Source: Octopus vulgaris | Taxonomy: Eukaryota | Direction: 5' to 3' | Assembly (NCBI GenBank): GCA_951406725.2 | Contig: OX597817.1 | Span: 10,974,001 to 11,038,000, forward strand | DNA length: 64,000 nt | Shown: positions 1-11,890 of the stretch, piece by piece | Layout: each line of letters starts with the position of its first letter | Position numbering within the stretch: position 1 is the stretch's first letter | Notes under the pieces: generated by a model | Told to the model about the DNA's origin: nothing | Seen by the model: the letters and a program-made list of their open reading frames with translations, nothing else | Databases searched by the model: none | Translations under genes and position numbers: made by a program

Positions 1-93
1 AGTAAACTGGCAATTGCCCATACAAACAACATTTTAATTGATATATAATGCAACAACTTTTACTTAGTTTATAACCAAGAAGCCTATGTTTAC

Positions 94-195
94 CTCAGGT
101 GTGTAGCTATCTATTTTACTGAAGTTTTCAACCAGGACATTACTCCATTCTTGAACACAGGATTTCAGTTCAGACTCAGAGCACAGATCTTGTTG
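94..195 (-). CDS. DHTKD1: Second copy of DHTKD1 exon 13 (allelic or duplicate)
   Basis: Same 102-nt exon with intact splice sites. It reads EWSNV instead of EWNNV. Confidence 0.8.
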
Positions 196-619
196 CTGAT
201 TAAATAAAAATATACATAATTGTTATAATATGACATTTGTAAAAAATAGCAATGAAACCTCAATGTATTTACTCAACTAAACGTTGTTCTATTATTGCCG
301 TTAAATTTTCCCATCATGTAACTTTTCACTATTTCAGATATAGTAATTTCTTACACAAGCACAAGGCCTCAACTTTGTTGGGTGGACATAGCTGATTATA
401 TCGGCCTTGATACTTTATTTTACTGATGCACGCCCATCAGAAGAATAATGAAGTTGACCTCTGAAAGATTTGAACTTAAAATATAAAAGGATGTAAATAA
501 ATACCACCAGGTATTTTGCCTGATGCTCAAATGATTTTGCTAATCCACTGTCCTTACTATCTTAATCCAGTATAGGATTAGGATAGAACATCTAGATATA
601 GAGGTTAGAAGTGAGTATG

Positions 620-1020
620 AAAATAAGGGGTCCTCGACCAAATGCTGACTGCCCTGGTGAAGATCTTTGTAGATGTTCTGACCCCTTACACTGCATCACC
701 AGATTTACCCAAGGCCAAGTGACAAAACTCCTGCAGAGTAGCACAAAATTGGTTAAGTCAAATATTGTGACTCAGCCAGATGTTTGTGTCAGCCTCAACA
801 TTTGATCTTTTTAAGTAGAAGTTTCTCACTGTTCCAAAAACATCACTCATCTTTTCTTGAGCCAGATGTCTTAAGTTGCTTTCTCTGCAGCTTCTAGCAA
901 TTTCTTTGAAAAGTGCTTTATTTCTTTTTATCTAGCTTAAACTCCTAAGCAACAAGTGAACCCTGGATCAAATAAATCCTTTAACACCTTCTCGACAAGA
1001 AGGCATGTTGCCTCCTATCC
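620..1020 (-). mobile_element. Degraded 3' end of an RLE-type (HERO-like) non-LTR retrotransposon, also at about 8430-8830
   Basis: The minus strand reads, with stops and frameshifts, EGVKGFI..VHLLLRS...KEIKHFSKKLLEAAEKAT*DIWLKKR. This resembles the EVGCRGF...EAAEKASxWLWxKR C-terminus of HERO elements. Confidence 0.45.
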
Positions 1021-1138
1021 AGTATATAGACTATCTCGCATATACAGTATGTTGTATATTTAATTTTTGTTCAAAGATTTTATCTTTTATAGAATTTATT
1101 TAAAGTAACATATTTCCATGTTAGCTTTCTAAAAATAT

Positions 1139-1503
1139 TATGGAGATGTACTCGCATAGCAAGTGATTTGATCTGAGATCGTGTGCAGGAATGAAAACAA
1201 TTGCAGCGTGGAAGGTGTTTGTAGGCCATTTAAGAAACACACAAAAGCCGTTTGATTCACTTCAACATTTAAGTTTAATTTGTCAAAATATTTTCGTCGC
1301 TTTAAGACCGCGACCTGTTCACTGACAAAAATCCGTGCTGCATCACAGATGCCTAGATGCATCACGGATTTTTGTCAGTGAACAGGTCGCGGTCTTAAAG
1401 CGACGAAAATATTTTGACAAATTAAACTTAAATGTTGAAGTGAATCTAACGGATTTTGTGTGTTTCTTAAATGGCCTACAAACACCTTCCACGCTGCAAT
1501 TGT
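1139..1503. mobile_element. Foldback insertion, probably an inverted Penelope-like pseudo-LTR with hammerhead-like motifs
   Basis: Absent from the duplicate copy, where the empty site is near 9181-9193. TSD is the 13-bp TTTCTAAAAATAT (1126-1138, 1504-1516). Inverted arms of about 150 bp at about 1193-1343 and 1356-1507. Confidence 0.75.
1371..1421 (+). ncRNA. Minimal type I hammerhead-like motif with G3-C8 variant core; mirror copy at 1279-1329 on the minus strand
   Basis: Parses as TTTGTCA-GTGAACA-G-GTCGC-ggtcttaaa-GCGAC-GAAA-ATAT-TT-TGACAAA. Helix I is TTTGTCA/TGACAAA, helix II is GTCGC/GCGAC, and helix III is the short palindrome AAAATATTTT. Confidence 0.55.
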
Positions 1504-1759
1504 TTTCTAAAAATATATGTTACAAGAAAGATTATATATTTGTAACAGACCAGAGAACTAAATACTTTATAATATGTAATTTTATCTTTGTTCATTCTGA
1601 GTTCAAATCCCACTAAAATTAATAGCAAAAATAACAGCAAAATATCAGATTTAATTCAGATGCTTACACCCTGCCTCCTCTGAAAAAATGAATCTTTCAC
1701 AAGTTACAAAGAATGTATATTTATTTAAACTAGAAATATAAATCTTTCAGACAAAAAGA

Positions 1760-2178
1760 AGAGTGGCTGTGTGGTAAGTAGCTTGCTAACCAACCACATG
1801 GTTCCGGGTTCAGTCCCACAGCATGGCATCTTGGGCAAGTGTCTTCTGCTATAGCCCCGGGCCAACCAATGCCTTGTGAGTGGATTTGGTAGACGGAAAC
1901 TGAAAGAAGCCTGTCGTATATATGTATATGTATATATGTATGTGTGTGTATGTGTTTGTATGTGTGTGTGTGTTTGTCTCCCTAGCATTGCTTGACAACC
2001 GATGCTGGTGTGTTTATGTCCCTGTCACTTAGCGGTTCGGCAAAAGAGACCGATAGAATGAGTACTGGGTTTACAAAAGAATAAGTCCCGGGGTCGATTT
2101 GCTCGACTAAAGGCGGTGCTCCAGCATGGCCACAGTCAAATGACTGAAACAAGTAAAAGAGTAAAGAGAGTAAAGAGT
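1760..2178 (+). mobile_element. Dominant tRNA-derived SINE family with (GTAAAAGA)n tail, representative copy
   Basis: A-box TGGCTGTGTGG, B-box GGTTCAGTCCC, central (TA)/(TG) microsatellite. Other copies (approximate): 3893-4308+, 9437-9840+, 20169-20570-, 25096-25491-, 30034-30444-, 33551-33905-, 36767-37163+, 37436-37628+, 37629-37910-, 38467-38817-, 57104-57527-, 59137-59556+. Confidence 0.9.
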
Positions 2179-2294
2179 ATAAATAAATAACTTCAAGAAG
2201 CTGAAATATTTACTTTGGAGTAAACAATATTTACACATGATTCAGAACAAAATATACATGCTAAGGAAGAGTTTAATGGTTTAATGTATTTTAC

Positions 2295-2486
2295 CGTAAG
2301 TTGCTGAGCATACGTATCAGGTATACTCAGACGACTTTCTACTGCTTTATACATGATAGGCTGAGTAAACATTGGGTCATCAAGTTCATTGTGGCCCCAT
2401 CGACGGAAACACACTAAATCAATAATTACGTCCCTGTGGAACTGCTGCCTGTAGTCCACTGCTATAGCTGCTGCTTGGATTATAGC
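2295..2486 (-). CDS. DHTKD1: Second copy of DHTKD1 exon 12 (allelic or duplicate)
   Basis: Same 192-nt exon with intact splice sites. It reads SRLSIP instead of SRMSIP. Confidence 0.85.
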
Positions 2487-2787
2487 CTGGCAGAGAAGAG
2501 AAACAAATAGCAAAAGTGTACAGAGAAATAATGAATTATCTGTCAGGTGTTTTATGACATGTACAGATTTTTTTTAATTAAGTTTTTTTCTGTTTTTATC
2601 TATTACTAGCAGCATCGCCCGGCGTTGCTCGGGTTTGTAAGGGAAATAACTATATAAGCATTTTTAGAGAGTTATAGCCAAAAAATAGCAAAAAAATGCA
2701 TTAAAAATGTAAAAAAAAATTATGGTAAATTTTTTTTAAATCGTTGACTCATCGTAGACATTTTTAGAGAGTTACTTCCTTTATATA

Positions 2788-2887
2788 NNNNNNNNNNNNN
2801 NNNNNNNNNNNNNNNNNNNNNNNNNNNNNNNNNNNNNNNNNNNNNNNNNNNNNNNNNNNNNNNNNNNNNNNNNNNNNNNNNNNNNNN
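2788..2887. other. Assembly gap (100 N)
   Basis: Run of 100 N, a typical placeholder of unknown true size. Confidence 0.99.
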
Positions 2888-4063
2888 GTCTTTCTTCCTT
2901 CCATATCCCATCTCCCAACTGTGACTCATCTCACAAGCATCCACACTAAATACTTCACCCATCTCAATTCCATTCTCACATTTTCTTACAACCATAAATT
3001 CAATGAATATTCATGTAAAATGCCAATCTCCATCAATCTCATCATTAAGAGGGACCAGACCCCTAATTTACCTCAGGCCCACTTATTTCCTTCAGATGTT
3101 CCAACTGGACATGATATGAATTAATCATATTTGTCCAAGAATGCAAAAGTCATGGACACTGGTTTCATCCAATTTGACTAATTTATGAAATGCATTTGTT
3201 CCTGATGAGATACAAATCATTGGTTTCTTTTATTAATGCATCTTAAATGAGTAACATAATCCTCATCAGTAAATGTCTGTTTTCCATGCTGGCATGGGTT
3301 GGACAGGAGTTGGGCATGCCAGAAGACTGCACCAAGCTCTACTGTCTGCTTTGGTTTGGTTTCTATGCTTGGATGCCCTGCTTAATGCCAACCACTTTAC
3401 AGAGTGTACTTGGTGCTCTTACATAGCATTAGCACCAGCAAGGTCATTAATTAACTTGCAAGACAAATATACCTCAACTGAGCAGGGAATAATATTGAGG
3501 AAGGTGGTTTTGTGCCAGGTGATGAGAGGTTACAGAATGATAGAGGGATGAAAAAAAGATGTCTTGCAGTAGAGGAGATACATGGTTACCCCATGTGCTA
3601 AGTATTAAGTTATGGTAAAAAGGAAACCAGATTGAAGTAGGTATTAAAGAAACACATGCCAAACTGTTAAACCCCTCTAACTTTGTTTTTCTTTCTTTTC
3701 TCCCACTGTGCCTCATCTCACTTCCAAGGCCCTATACCTTGCACATGTTTTTCAATAGAACCCTTTCCAAAACTGCATCACTCTAGAACTATCTCCTTCC
3801 ATTTGTATTGTCACTACCTCATTCCTCTCTCACACAAATCATCTTCAGTTCAAAATTAATATTAATGAGGTTAGTCTCCTTCACATAGTGAAGGCGCAGG
3901 AGTGGCTGTATGGTAAGTAGCTTGCTAACTAACCACATGGTTCCGGGTTCAGTCCCACTGCGTGGCATCTTGGGCAAGTGTCTTCTGCTATAGCTCCGGG
4001 CTGACCAATGCCTTGTGAGTGGATTTGGTAGACGGAAACTGAAAGAAGCCTGTCGTATATATG

Positions 4064-4094
<31 letters not shown>

Positions 4095-4423
4095 TTGTGT
4101 GTCTGTGTTTGTTCCCTAGCATTGCTTGACAACCGATGCTGGTGTGTTTACGTCCCCGTCACTTAGCGGTTCGGCAAAAGGGACCGATAGAATAAGTACT
4201 GGGCTTACAAAGAATAAGTCCCGGGGTCGATTTGCTCGAATAAAGGCGGTGCTCCAGCATGGCCGCAGTCAAATGACTGAAACAAGTAAAAGAGTAAAGA
4301 GAGAGAGTATAGTATTCCATTGGCTTCAGTCATGCTCTTCCTCCTCCTTCTTTAGAGACTAATGAATAAATAATGAATCAGTGAGTAAAAGAATATGCTG
4401 ACAATAAATACATGGCCACTTAC

Positions 4424-4555
4424 TGTTGTCTCAGGAACAGTCACAGACTTGCCGCCAATGAATTTCAGTACATCTACATCAACTCCAGTATCCCACGAAG
4501 TAATGTTGTCAGAAGCTTGAGCATAACCATCCCATTGTTTCAGCAGGTGGAATTG
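4424..4555 (-). CDS. DHTKD1: DHTKD1 exon 14
   Basis: CAG|...|GTAAGT, 132 nt, phase 0/0. Encodes QFHLLKQWDGYAQASDNITSWDTGVDVDVLKFIGGKSVTVPETT (WxTGVxxDxLxFxGxKSVxVP of DHTKD1). Confidence 0.93.
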
Positions 4556-4882
4556 CTGTATTTGAGAGTAAAGAATTGGAAGCATTAGTGAAGAATCATG
4601 CAAAGAATTTATCAAAACTTAATCTGGCAATTAGATCATCTATGAACAAATTTCTAAATTTTGTTACATTTTCTAGCTTCCTTATCAAGTTTTTCCATTT
4701 TTTTTTGTCCTATTTCAATTTACATTTTCCTGTTTTATATACATTTTGTCATATTGAGTAATTTGATTTCAAAAATAGACCATACATCTTGTAGAGCAAA
4801 TTTGTTTTATAATTGTCTGAAATAATAATACTTGGTATTGATCAGACAGTCACCATCATCATTAATATTTTATATTTATTTA

Positions 4883-5396
4883 CCGTAAATCCTCAAGTAT
4901 AATCCGCATTTTTTCCCAAAATTAAAAGGTCAAAATCTCTTGTGCGTACTAGATACGAGGTTAAAAATGGAAAATACTTTCTAAGCAATGTCCAAGTCTC
5001 TATTTGTTGACCGGCAATGTTTATTCAGACACGCTTTGTGATGTCAGGCACGAAAACACCTTAAGCTAAGCCTGAAAGCAATGAAGTCATAAAAGAATCA
5101 TCCATAACTTGCAGTAAGCAACATTTATTAAACATTATTACTGTTATTTCTTTATTTTCTGCAAACAAAATGCATAAAAAAGCTACACGTTTGCATTATG
5201 TTATTATATATACAATAATAATAAAGGATGTTACCGTATACATTTTTACAAACCAAGGACGTTATATAGATCTCCTTGACTCAAGTTAGAGAAGGGGTGC
5301 ATATTATACACAAGGTTTAAGTTTTTCAGAGGTACAGCCCCCTAAAAATCCCTTGCTTATTATACTCAAGGGCGGATTATACTCAAGGATTTACGG
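4883..5396. mobile_element. Tc1/mariner/pogo-type MITE
   Basis: TIRs CCGTAAATCCTCAAGTATAATCCGC and GCGGATTATACTCAAGGATTTACGG, flanked by TA on both sides. Confidence 0.85.
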
Positions 5397-5652
5397 TATC
5401 CTCACTTGATGCATACACAAAAGAAAAAACTACCAATTTCTATTGTTATTTGAGTTTTTTTATGATTGGTGGTGGTGATAATTTTACATCTTGATGTCTC
5501 TCATATTGTAATTTGTATTTAAGGTTAATGCTCTTCTAGGCAAGATGTCTTTGGTAAAGTTGGCAGAATTTAGCCTTACTTAAAATTAAGTTCTTTACTT
5601 CTTTAAAATGCATATAGCTGGCCAACAAAGAAGCCAGTCAATAGTTGCTTAA

Positions 5653-6722
5653 CCCTTTCGTTACCAAACCGCCCCGAAAAATATTTTGGTTAATGTGACC
5701 AAACCGACCAAACCCGCCCGTATTTACCTATTCATATTTAAATGAGAATATCAGAGCAAATCTCTTTAGTACATTCGTGAAAACACGTATTATACTTCGT
5801 AAACAGTTCAACTACAGTTTTGTACAACAATCGAAGTGTAATTTTAATTCCGTGAATTTTGGGAGATTTTTTTCCGAAATTTGTTCCTATTGTGTTTTCA
5901 AAATTTGTAATTCTGACAAAAAATGGATACGAATTTCATTATATCAAGAAGCGAGTCAGAATTCGAAGGATTTTCTACTGAAGACCTTCATAAATCTAAC
6001 TCTATGACTGAAAAAAAAAGCACGTGGTATTTGATAATGAATCTGATGTTTCATTTTCCGAAAGTGAAAACAGTGAATCCGAGAGCTCCGACAGCGATAA
6101 AGAAAATGAATTGGCACCTGAATGGAGTGAAAATTTAAAAACTGTTTCTTTCGGTGATTTTTCTGAAGAAACTGACCAAGCCACAGACTTTCCCAGAAGA
6201 GTAAAGCCTTAGACTATTTCTTTTTACTTTTTCGAATGAGCCTATTTGAAATCATTACGGCGGAAACGAACCGTTACGCTAAATGTAAACAAAGCGAAAG
6301 AAAGGATAGTTAGTGGTTTCCCACAACCTTAAATGAAATTAAGACTATTTTGCCATAAATATTATTATGGGTATCAGAAAGTTACCCAGAATAACAAATT
6401 CTATCGTAAAATTTTGTTGTATACCCAATTGAATATTAGCTAATAACCCATTTTCTATATTTTGAACAAAATTTTAATAATTTTATATTTTGTTGAATTT
6501 ATCTGTATCTACCTGCAATTAGAGTCACTTTGTGACAAAAATTATAGTAAGGAATTGGTTGAGAACATTTCATTAAATTATCTTCCAAAAATCACATTAA
6601 TATATTGATAAATAAAAAAGATATAGTTGTTTAATGAAACCAGACTAACTTTATGATTATGTTAGAAATTAATTGAAACACATAAGGGGTGTATTTTGGT
6701 CAGAAATATAGTAACGAAAGGG
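5653..6722 (+). mobile_element. Internally deleted piggyBac element
   Basis: TTAA TSD on both sides, with TIRs CCCTTTCGTTAC and GTAACGAAAGGG. The disrupted transposase N-terminus has an acidic Ser-rich tract followed by PLDYF...EIITAETNRYA...W.PTT.NEIK...IMGI.KLP. Confidence 0.9.
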
Positions 6723-7902
6723 TTAAACTGCCAGAATAGCAAGCAAATTCCTCTCAGAAAATATCTTAGCTTCTTCAAAGAAAGGACACAATGGATAATA
6801 CAGTCTTTTGTTTCTTTCGAATTATTTGTTCTTTGGCAGATTCAAGTGTTTCTAAAATTTAAATCCAGCAAACACTGCCAATTCGTTCTGCAATAGGTGT
6901 ATATCTCTTATTCTCAAAACCATCAAAATATCCTCCCCATCAAACACAGATGGATATTTCTAAGACCTTAAGGTTTTCTCAGTGTTTTCATTGTCAAATG
7001 CTCCTCCACACATCTAACAGACCGTAACCAACTCATTTTTCCAAAACTGATGGCAAAAAACCTTATAATTCAGTCTGAGCTCCTAAGTGCTATTTAATCT
7101 GCTAGAAATAGCAGTAAAATTCACATCAAATCACACCTCTGTTAGCATATTAAAATGAAAAAGGTCACATGGTATTTTAAAAATATAATTTAAGGCTTTA
7201 GAAAGCCCATACTAATGCTTCGGGGTCTTAAAAAATGCGTTATACACAAGTATGATTAATAAAACAAGGTAGTAAATAGTTTTTCTAGAAGTATTTTTTT
7301 TTTAACTTTAACACATTTTTTAAGCTTCCATATATGGTGTCATCATCATCATCATCGTTTAATATCTGTTTTCCGTGCTAGCACGGGTTGGATGGTTCAA
7401 CCAGGGTCTGGGAAGCCAGGAGGCTGCACCAGACTCCAGTCTGATCTGGCAGTGTTTCTACAGCTGGATGCCTTTCCTAATGCCAACCACTCCATGAGTG
7501 TGGTGGGTGCTTTTTACATGCCACCAGCACAGAAGCCAGCCAAGGCTTCTGTGGCATCGGCCACATTCGGATGGTGCTTTTTACGTGCCAATGGAAGCAA
7601 TATTTTCTTTCGCCTCCAGCACATTGTAAAGTCAGAAAGATTAAGAACCACTCCAATACATAATGTAATTTTGGATGCCGTTTAAAAAGAATGCTTTTGA
7701 TTATGGATCTGATTAATCAGAGCTAAATTGGTGCTAACAGCAATATCCAGAGGTCTCTGTCAGTTGAGATTGACCTTTTACCTGCATTTGTATTTGCAGG
7801 GCCAGGTAAAGAAAACTGGCAATTGCCCATACAAACAACATTTTAATCGATATATAATGCAACAACTTTAACTCAGTTTATAACCAAGAAGCCTATGTTT
7901 AC

Positions 7903-8004
7903 CTCAGGTGTGTAGCTATCTATTTTACTGAAGTTTTCAACCAGGACATTATTCCATTCTTGAACACAGGATTTCAGTTCAGACTCAGAGCACAGATCTT
8001 GTTG
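7903..8004 (-). CDS. DHTKD1: DHTKD1 exon 13
   Basis: CAG|...|GTAAAC, 102 nt, phase 0/0. Encodes QQDLCSESELKSCVQEWNNVLVENFSKIDSYTPE, which fits the position and length of the poorly conserved helical linker. Confidence 0.85.
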
Positions 8005-8890
8005 CTGATTAAATAAAAATATACATAATAGTTATAATATGACATTTGTAAAAAACAGCAATGAAACCTCAGAATATTTACTCAACTAAATGTTGTTCTA
8101 TTATTGCCATTGAATTTTCCCGTCATGTAACTTTTCACTATTTCAGATATAGCAATTTCTTACACAAGCACAAGGCCTCAACTTTGTTGGGTGGACATAG
8201 CTGATTATATCGGCCTTGATACTTTATTTTACTGATGCATGTCCATCAGAAGAATAATGAAGTTGACCTCTGAAAGATTTGAATTTAAAATATAAAAGGA
8301 TGTAAATAAATACCACCAGGTATTTTGCCTGGGGCTCAAATGATTTAGCCAATCTACTGTCCTTACTATCTTAATCCAGTATAGGATTAGGATAGACCAT
8401 CTAGATATAGAGGTTAGAAGTGAGTATGAAAATAAGGGGTCCTCGACCAAATGCTGACTGCCCTGGTGAAGATCTTTGTAGATGTTCTGACCCCTTACAC
8501 TGCATCACCAGATTTACCCAAGGCCAAGTGACAAAACTTCTGCAGAGTAGCACAAAATTGGTTAAGTCAAATATTGTGACTCAGCCAGATGTTTGTGTCA
8601 GCCTCAACATTTGATCTTTTTAAGTAGAAGTTTCTCACTGTTCCAAAAACATCACTCATCTTTTCTTGAGCCAGATGTCTTAAGTTGCTTTCTCTGCAGT
8701 TTCTGGCAATTTCTTTGAAAAGTGTTTTATTTCTTTTTCATCTAGCTTAACTCCTAAGCAACAAGTGAACCCTAGATCAAATAAATCCTTTAACACCTTC
8801 TCTACAAGAAGGCATGTTGCCTCCTATCCAGTATATAGACTATCTTGCATATACAGTATGTTGTATATTTAATTTTTGTTCAATGATTTT

Positions 8891-9136
8891 ATCATCATCA
8901 TCATCATCATTTAGCGTCCGCTTTCCATGCTAGCATGGGTTGGACGGTTCAACTGGGGTCTGTGAAGCCAGAAGACTGCATCAGGCCCAGTCTGATCTGG
9001 CAGTGTTTCTACGGCTGGATGCCCTTCCTAACGCCAACCACTCCGTGAGTGTAGTGGGTGCTTTTTACGTGCCACCCACACAGGTGCCAGACGGAGCTGG
9101 CAAACGGAAGCGGACGGATGGTGCTTTTTACGTGCC
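8891..9136 (-). mobile_element. SINE with RTE-derived domain and (GAT)n tail, representative copy, absent from the duplicate at about 1083
   Basis: GTTGGCGTTAGGAAGGGCATCCAG core and (ATC)n tail. Other mostly truncated copies (approximate): 3260-3440, 7340-7590, 12251-12460, 12888-13160, 16271-16890, 18781-18940, 21200-21490, 25770-26070, 29445-29770, 30700-31170, 31590-31835, 32372-32550. Confidence 0.85.
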
Positions 9137-9949
9137 ATCTTTTATAGAATTTATTTAAAGTACCATATTTCCATGTTAGCTTTCTAAAAATATATGTTAC
9201 AAGAAAGATTATATATTTGTAACAGACCAGTGAACTAAATACTTTATAATATGTAATTTTATCTTTGTTCATTCTGAGTTCAAATCCCACAAAAGTTAAT
9301 AGCAAAAATAACAGCAATATATCAGATTTAATTCAGTTGCTTACACCCTGCCTCCTCCGAAAAAATGAATCTTTCACAAGTTACAAAGAATATATATTTA
9401 TTTAAACTAGAAATATAAATCTTTCAGACAAAAAGAGGAGTGGCTGTGTGGTACGTAGCTTGCTAACCAGCCACATGGTTCCGGGTTCAGTCCCACTGCG
9501 TGGCATCTTGGGGAAGTGTCTTCTGCTATAGCCCCGGGCCGACCAATGACTTGTGAGTGGATTTGGTAGACGGAAACTGAAAGGAGCCTGTCGTATATAT
9601 GTATATATATATATATATGTATGTGTGTCTGTGTTTGTCTCCCTAGCATTGCTTGACAACCGATGCTGGTGTGTTTACGTCCCTGTCACTTAGCGGTTCG
9701 GCAAAAAGAGACCGATAGAATAAGTACTGGGTTTACAAAAGAATAAGTCCCGGGGTCGATTTGTTCGACTAAAAGGCGGTGCTCCAGCATGGCCGCAGTC
9801 AAATGACTGAAACAAGTAAAAGAGTAAAAGAGTAAAGAGTATAAAAAAATAACTCCAAGAAGCTGCAATAATTACTTTGGAGTAAATAATATTTACACAA
9901 GAGTCAAAACAAAATTAAACATGCTAAGGAAGAGTTTAATGTATTTTAC

Positions 9950-10141
9950 CGTAAGTTGCTGAGCATACGTATCAGGTATACTCATACGACTTTCTACTGC
10001 TTTATACATGATAGGCTGAGTAAACATTGGGTCATCAAGTTCATTGTGGCCCCATCGACGGAAACACACTAAATCAATAATTACGTCCCTGTGGAACTGC
10101 TGCCTGTAGTCCACTGCTATAGCTGCTGCTTGGATTATAGC
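9950..10141 (-). CDS. DHTKD1: DHTKD1 exon 12
   Basis: CAG|...|GTAAA, 192 nt, phase 0/0. Encodes AIIQAAAIAVDYRQQFHRDVIIDLVCFRRWGHNELDDPMFTQPIMYKAVESRMSIPDTYAQQLT (GHNExDxP motif). Confidence 0.95.
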
Positions 10142-10259
10142 CTGGCAGAGAAGAGAAACAAACAGCAAAAGTGTACAGAGAAATAATGAATTATCTGTCA
10201 GGTGTTTTATGACATGTACAGATTTTTTTTAATTAAGTTTTTTCTGTTTTTATCTATTA

Positions 10260-10745
10260 CTAGCAGTATTGCCCGGCGTTGCTCGGGTTTGTAAGGGAAA
10301 TAACTATATAAGCATTTTTAGAGAGTTATAGCCAAAACATAGCAGAAAAATGCATTAAAAATGGAAAAAAAATGATGGTAAATTTTTTTTTAAATCGTTG
10401 ACTCATCGTAGACATTTTTAGAGAGTTACTTCCCTTATATAATAGCGAAAAAAATGCATTAAAATGGAAAAAAATGATGGTAAATTTTTTTTTAAATCGT
10501 TGACTCATCGTAGACATTTTTAGAGAGTTACTTCCCTTATATAATAGCGAAAAAAATGCATTAAAATGGAAAAAAATGATGGTAAATTTTTTTTAAATCG
10601 TAGACTCATCGTAGACGCGCGCTAATACCCAGAAGGGCTCGGTATGAATCACGACTATAAGATAAACTGCACCGCAAAATGTGGGAGTAGTTAGGAATCT
10701 AAATCGTAGGAGACAGACACACAACTTCTCTTTTATATATCAAGA
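10260..10745 (-). mobile_element. Non-autonomous Helitron family, representative copy
   Basis: On the minus strand it starts TC, ends with the CCCGAGCAACGCCGGG hairpin plus CTAG, and sits between A and T with no TSD. It carries internal tandem units of about 105 bp. Other copies: 2606-2787 (cut by the gap), 21801-22097, 49892-50392. Related families at 27854-28249 (-) and 61518-61906 (+). Confidence 0.88.
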
Positions 10746-11159
10746 TATAAAGATGAGCTAACAATGGGGCATCTATGTGGATGCCTGTCATTCTAGAAAT
10801 AGCAGTCTTCATCTCTCATGTAATTTCGTTAAGGTAATTACTTGCCTCTTGGCTTGTTTAATTTCTCGTTTCTTTGGTTAAATTTCTCATCCGCCATGAA
10901 CACTCTGAATGTATATTATTATTATTATTATTATTATTACGACTACTACTACTTTCGTTCCTTGTACCATCTCCCCAAATTAAACTTTGTTCGTGGTGCA
11001 CCAGCCTCTCCTGTCCCCACCACCAATACCGGCTATCTCTATCTTCCCACCATCTATGCCAGATATCTCTCTCTCTTCCCACCACCATTACCTGATTTCT
11101 CTTCTCTCAACCTCTCCTCCTCACTGGGCTGGTCTCTATATATTACCTGCACTCTTTCT

Positions 11160-11191
<32 letters not shown>

Positions 11192-11399
11192 ACTGCATGC
11201 ATGCATGCTTGTGTGTATGTAGGGATGAACTTGTTTCCTCACTTTCTCTGTCTGACCCCCCCCCCATCGCTGGTGGTACCCTCCATATACCTTCAATCCC
11301 CCTCCCTGGACAAATGCAACCAGTTTAGCTAAATCCCTACTTAATCTAACATTGGAATATCCATATTTGCAACACTGCTTAAATTTATGCTTTTTTTTT

Positions 11400-11890
11400 C
11401 CATAATGCTTATACTTACAACACAGCTAACACCTACTCCTACCTCCAGTAGGGATAACAATCTTAACGTGCTTGAATATTTGAATGATGTCAAGTCAGAA
11501 GTGAGAACAGGTGAAGTATGCCAAAAAAAAAAACAAACACGACAACCTTCCTCTTCTTTTCAAGCGTTGAATAATATCTCACCTCCCCAAGCTTCACCCC
11601 CTATTCCTTTCCCAGTTTTCAGAGTTGGCACTGTCAATGTAGGCACACTGAAGGATAGGTCAAGTGAGATTGTAGAGATACTTGAAAGGAGACATGTCGA
11701 TGTATGCTGCATACAAGAGGTAAGATGGAGAGGAGCTTCAGCTAGGGTCCTCACAGGCAAGGCACATAGGTATAAAATCTTCTGGCAAGGTAACATGGGT
11801 GGAATAGGGGGTGTAGACATACTCCTTGCAGAGAAATGGGTGGATAAGGTCATAGAGGTTGTCAGGGTATGCGATAGAGTGCTTAAGCTC
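11400..11890 (+). mobile_element. RTE-clade LINE fragment (AP endonuclease N-terminus)
   Basis: ORF 11387-11959 contains RVGTVNVGTL...RRHVDVCCIQEVRWRG...YKIFWQG...GGVDILL...VVRVCDRVLKL. It is truncated before the RT. Confidence 0.88.

Larger units (their letters stand above)
1..2787. repeat. Direct near-identical duplicate of about 7810-10441
   Basis: Colinear with 7810-10441 (offset 7809 at exon 13), including intron sequence, a SINE and a Helitron. It ends exactly at the N gap. Confidence 0.95.

Noticed and set aside
611-805. 64-aa ORF repeated identically at 8420-8614
   Set aside because: The identity comes from the segmental duplicate. It has a GTG start, lies antisense in an intron and overlaps a decayed retroelement end.
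1138-1616. Two ORFs with the same peptide on opposite strands
   Set aside because: A consequence of the inverted repeat, not a gene pair.
2888-4423. Search for DHTKD1 exon 15 between exon 14 and the gap
   Set aside because: No matching spliced frame was found, so the next exon presumably lies outside the window.
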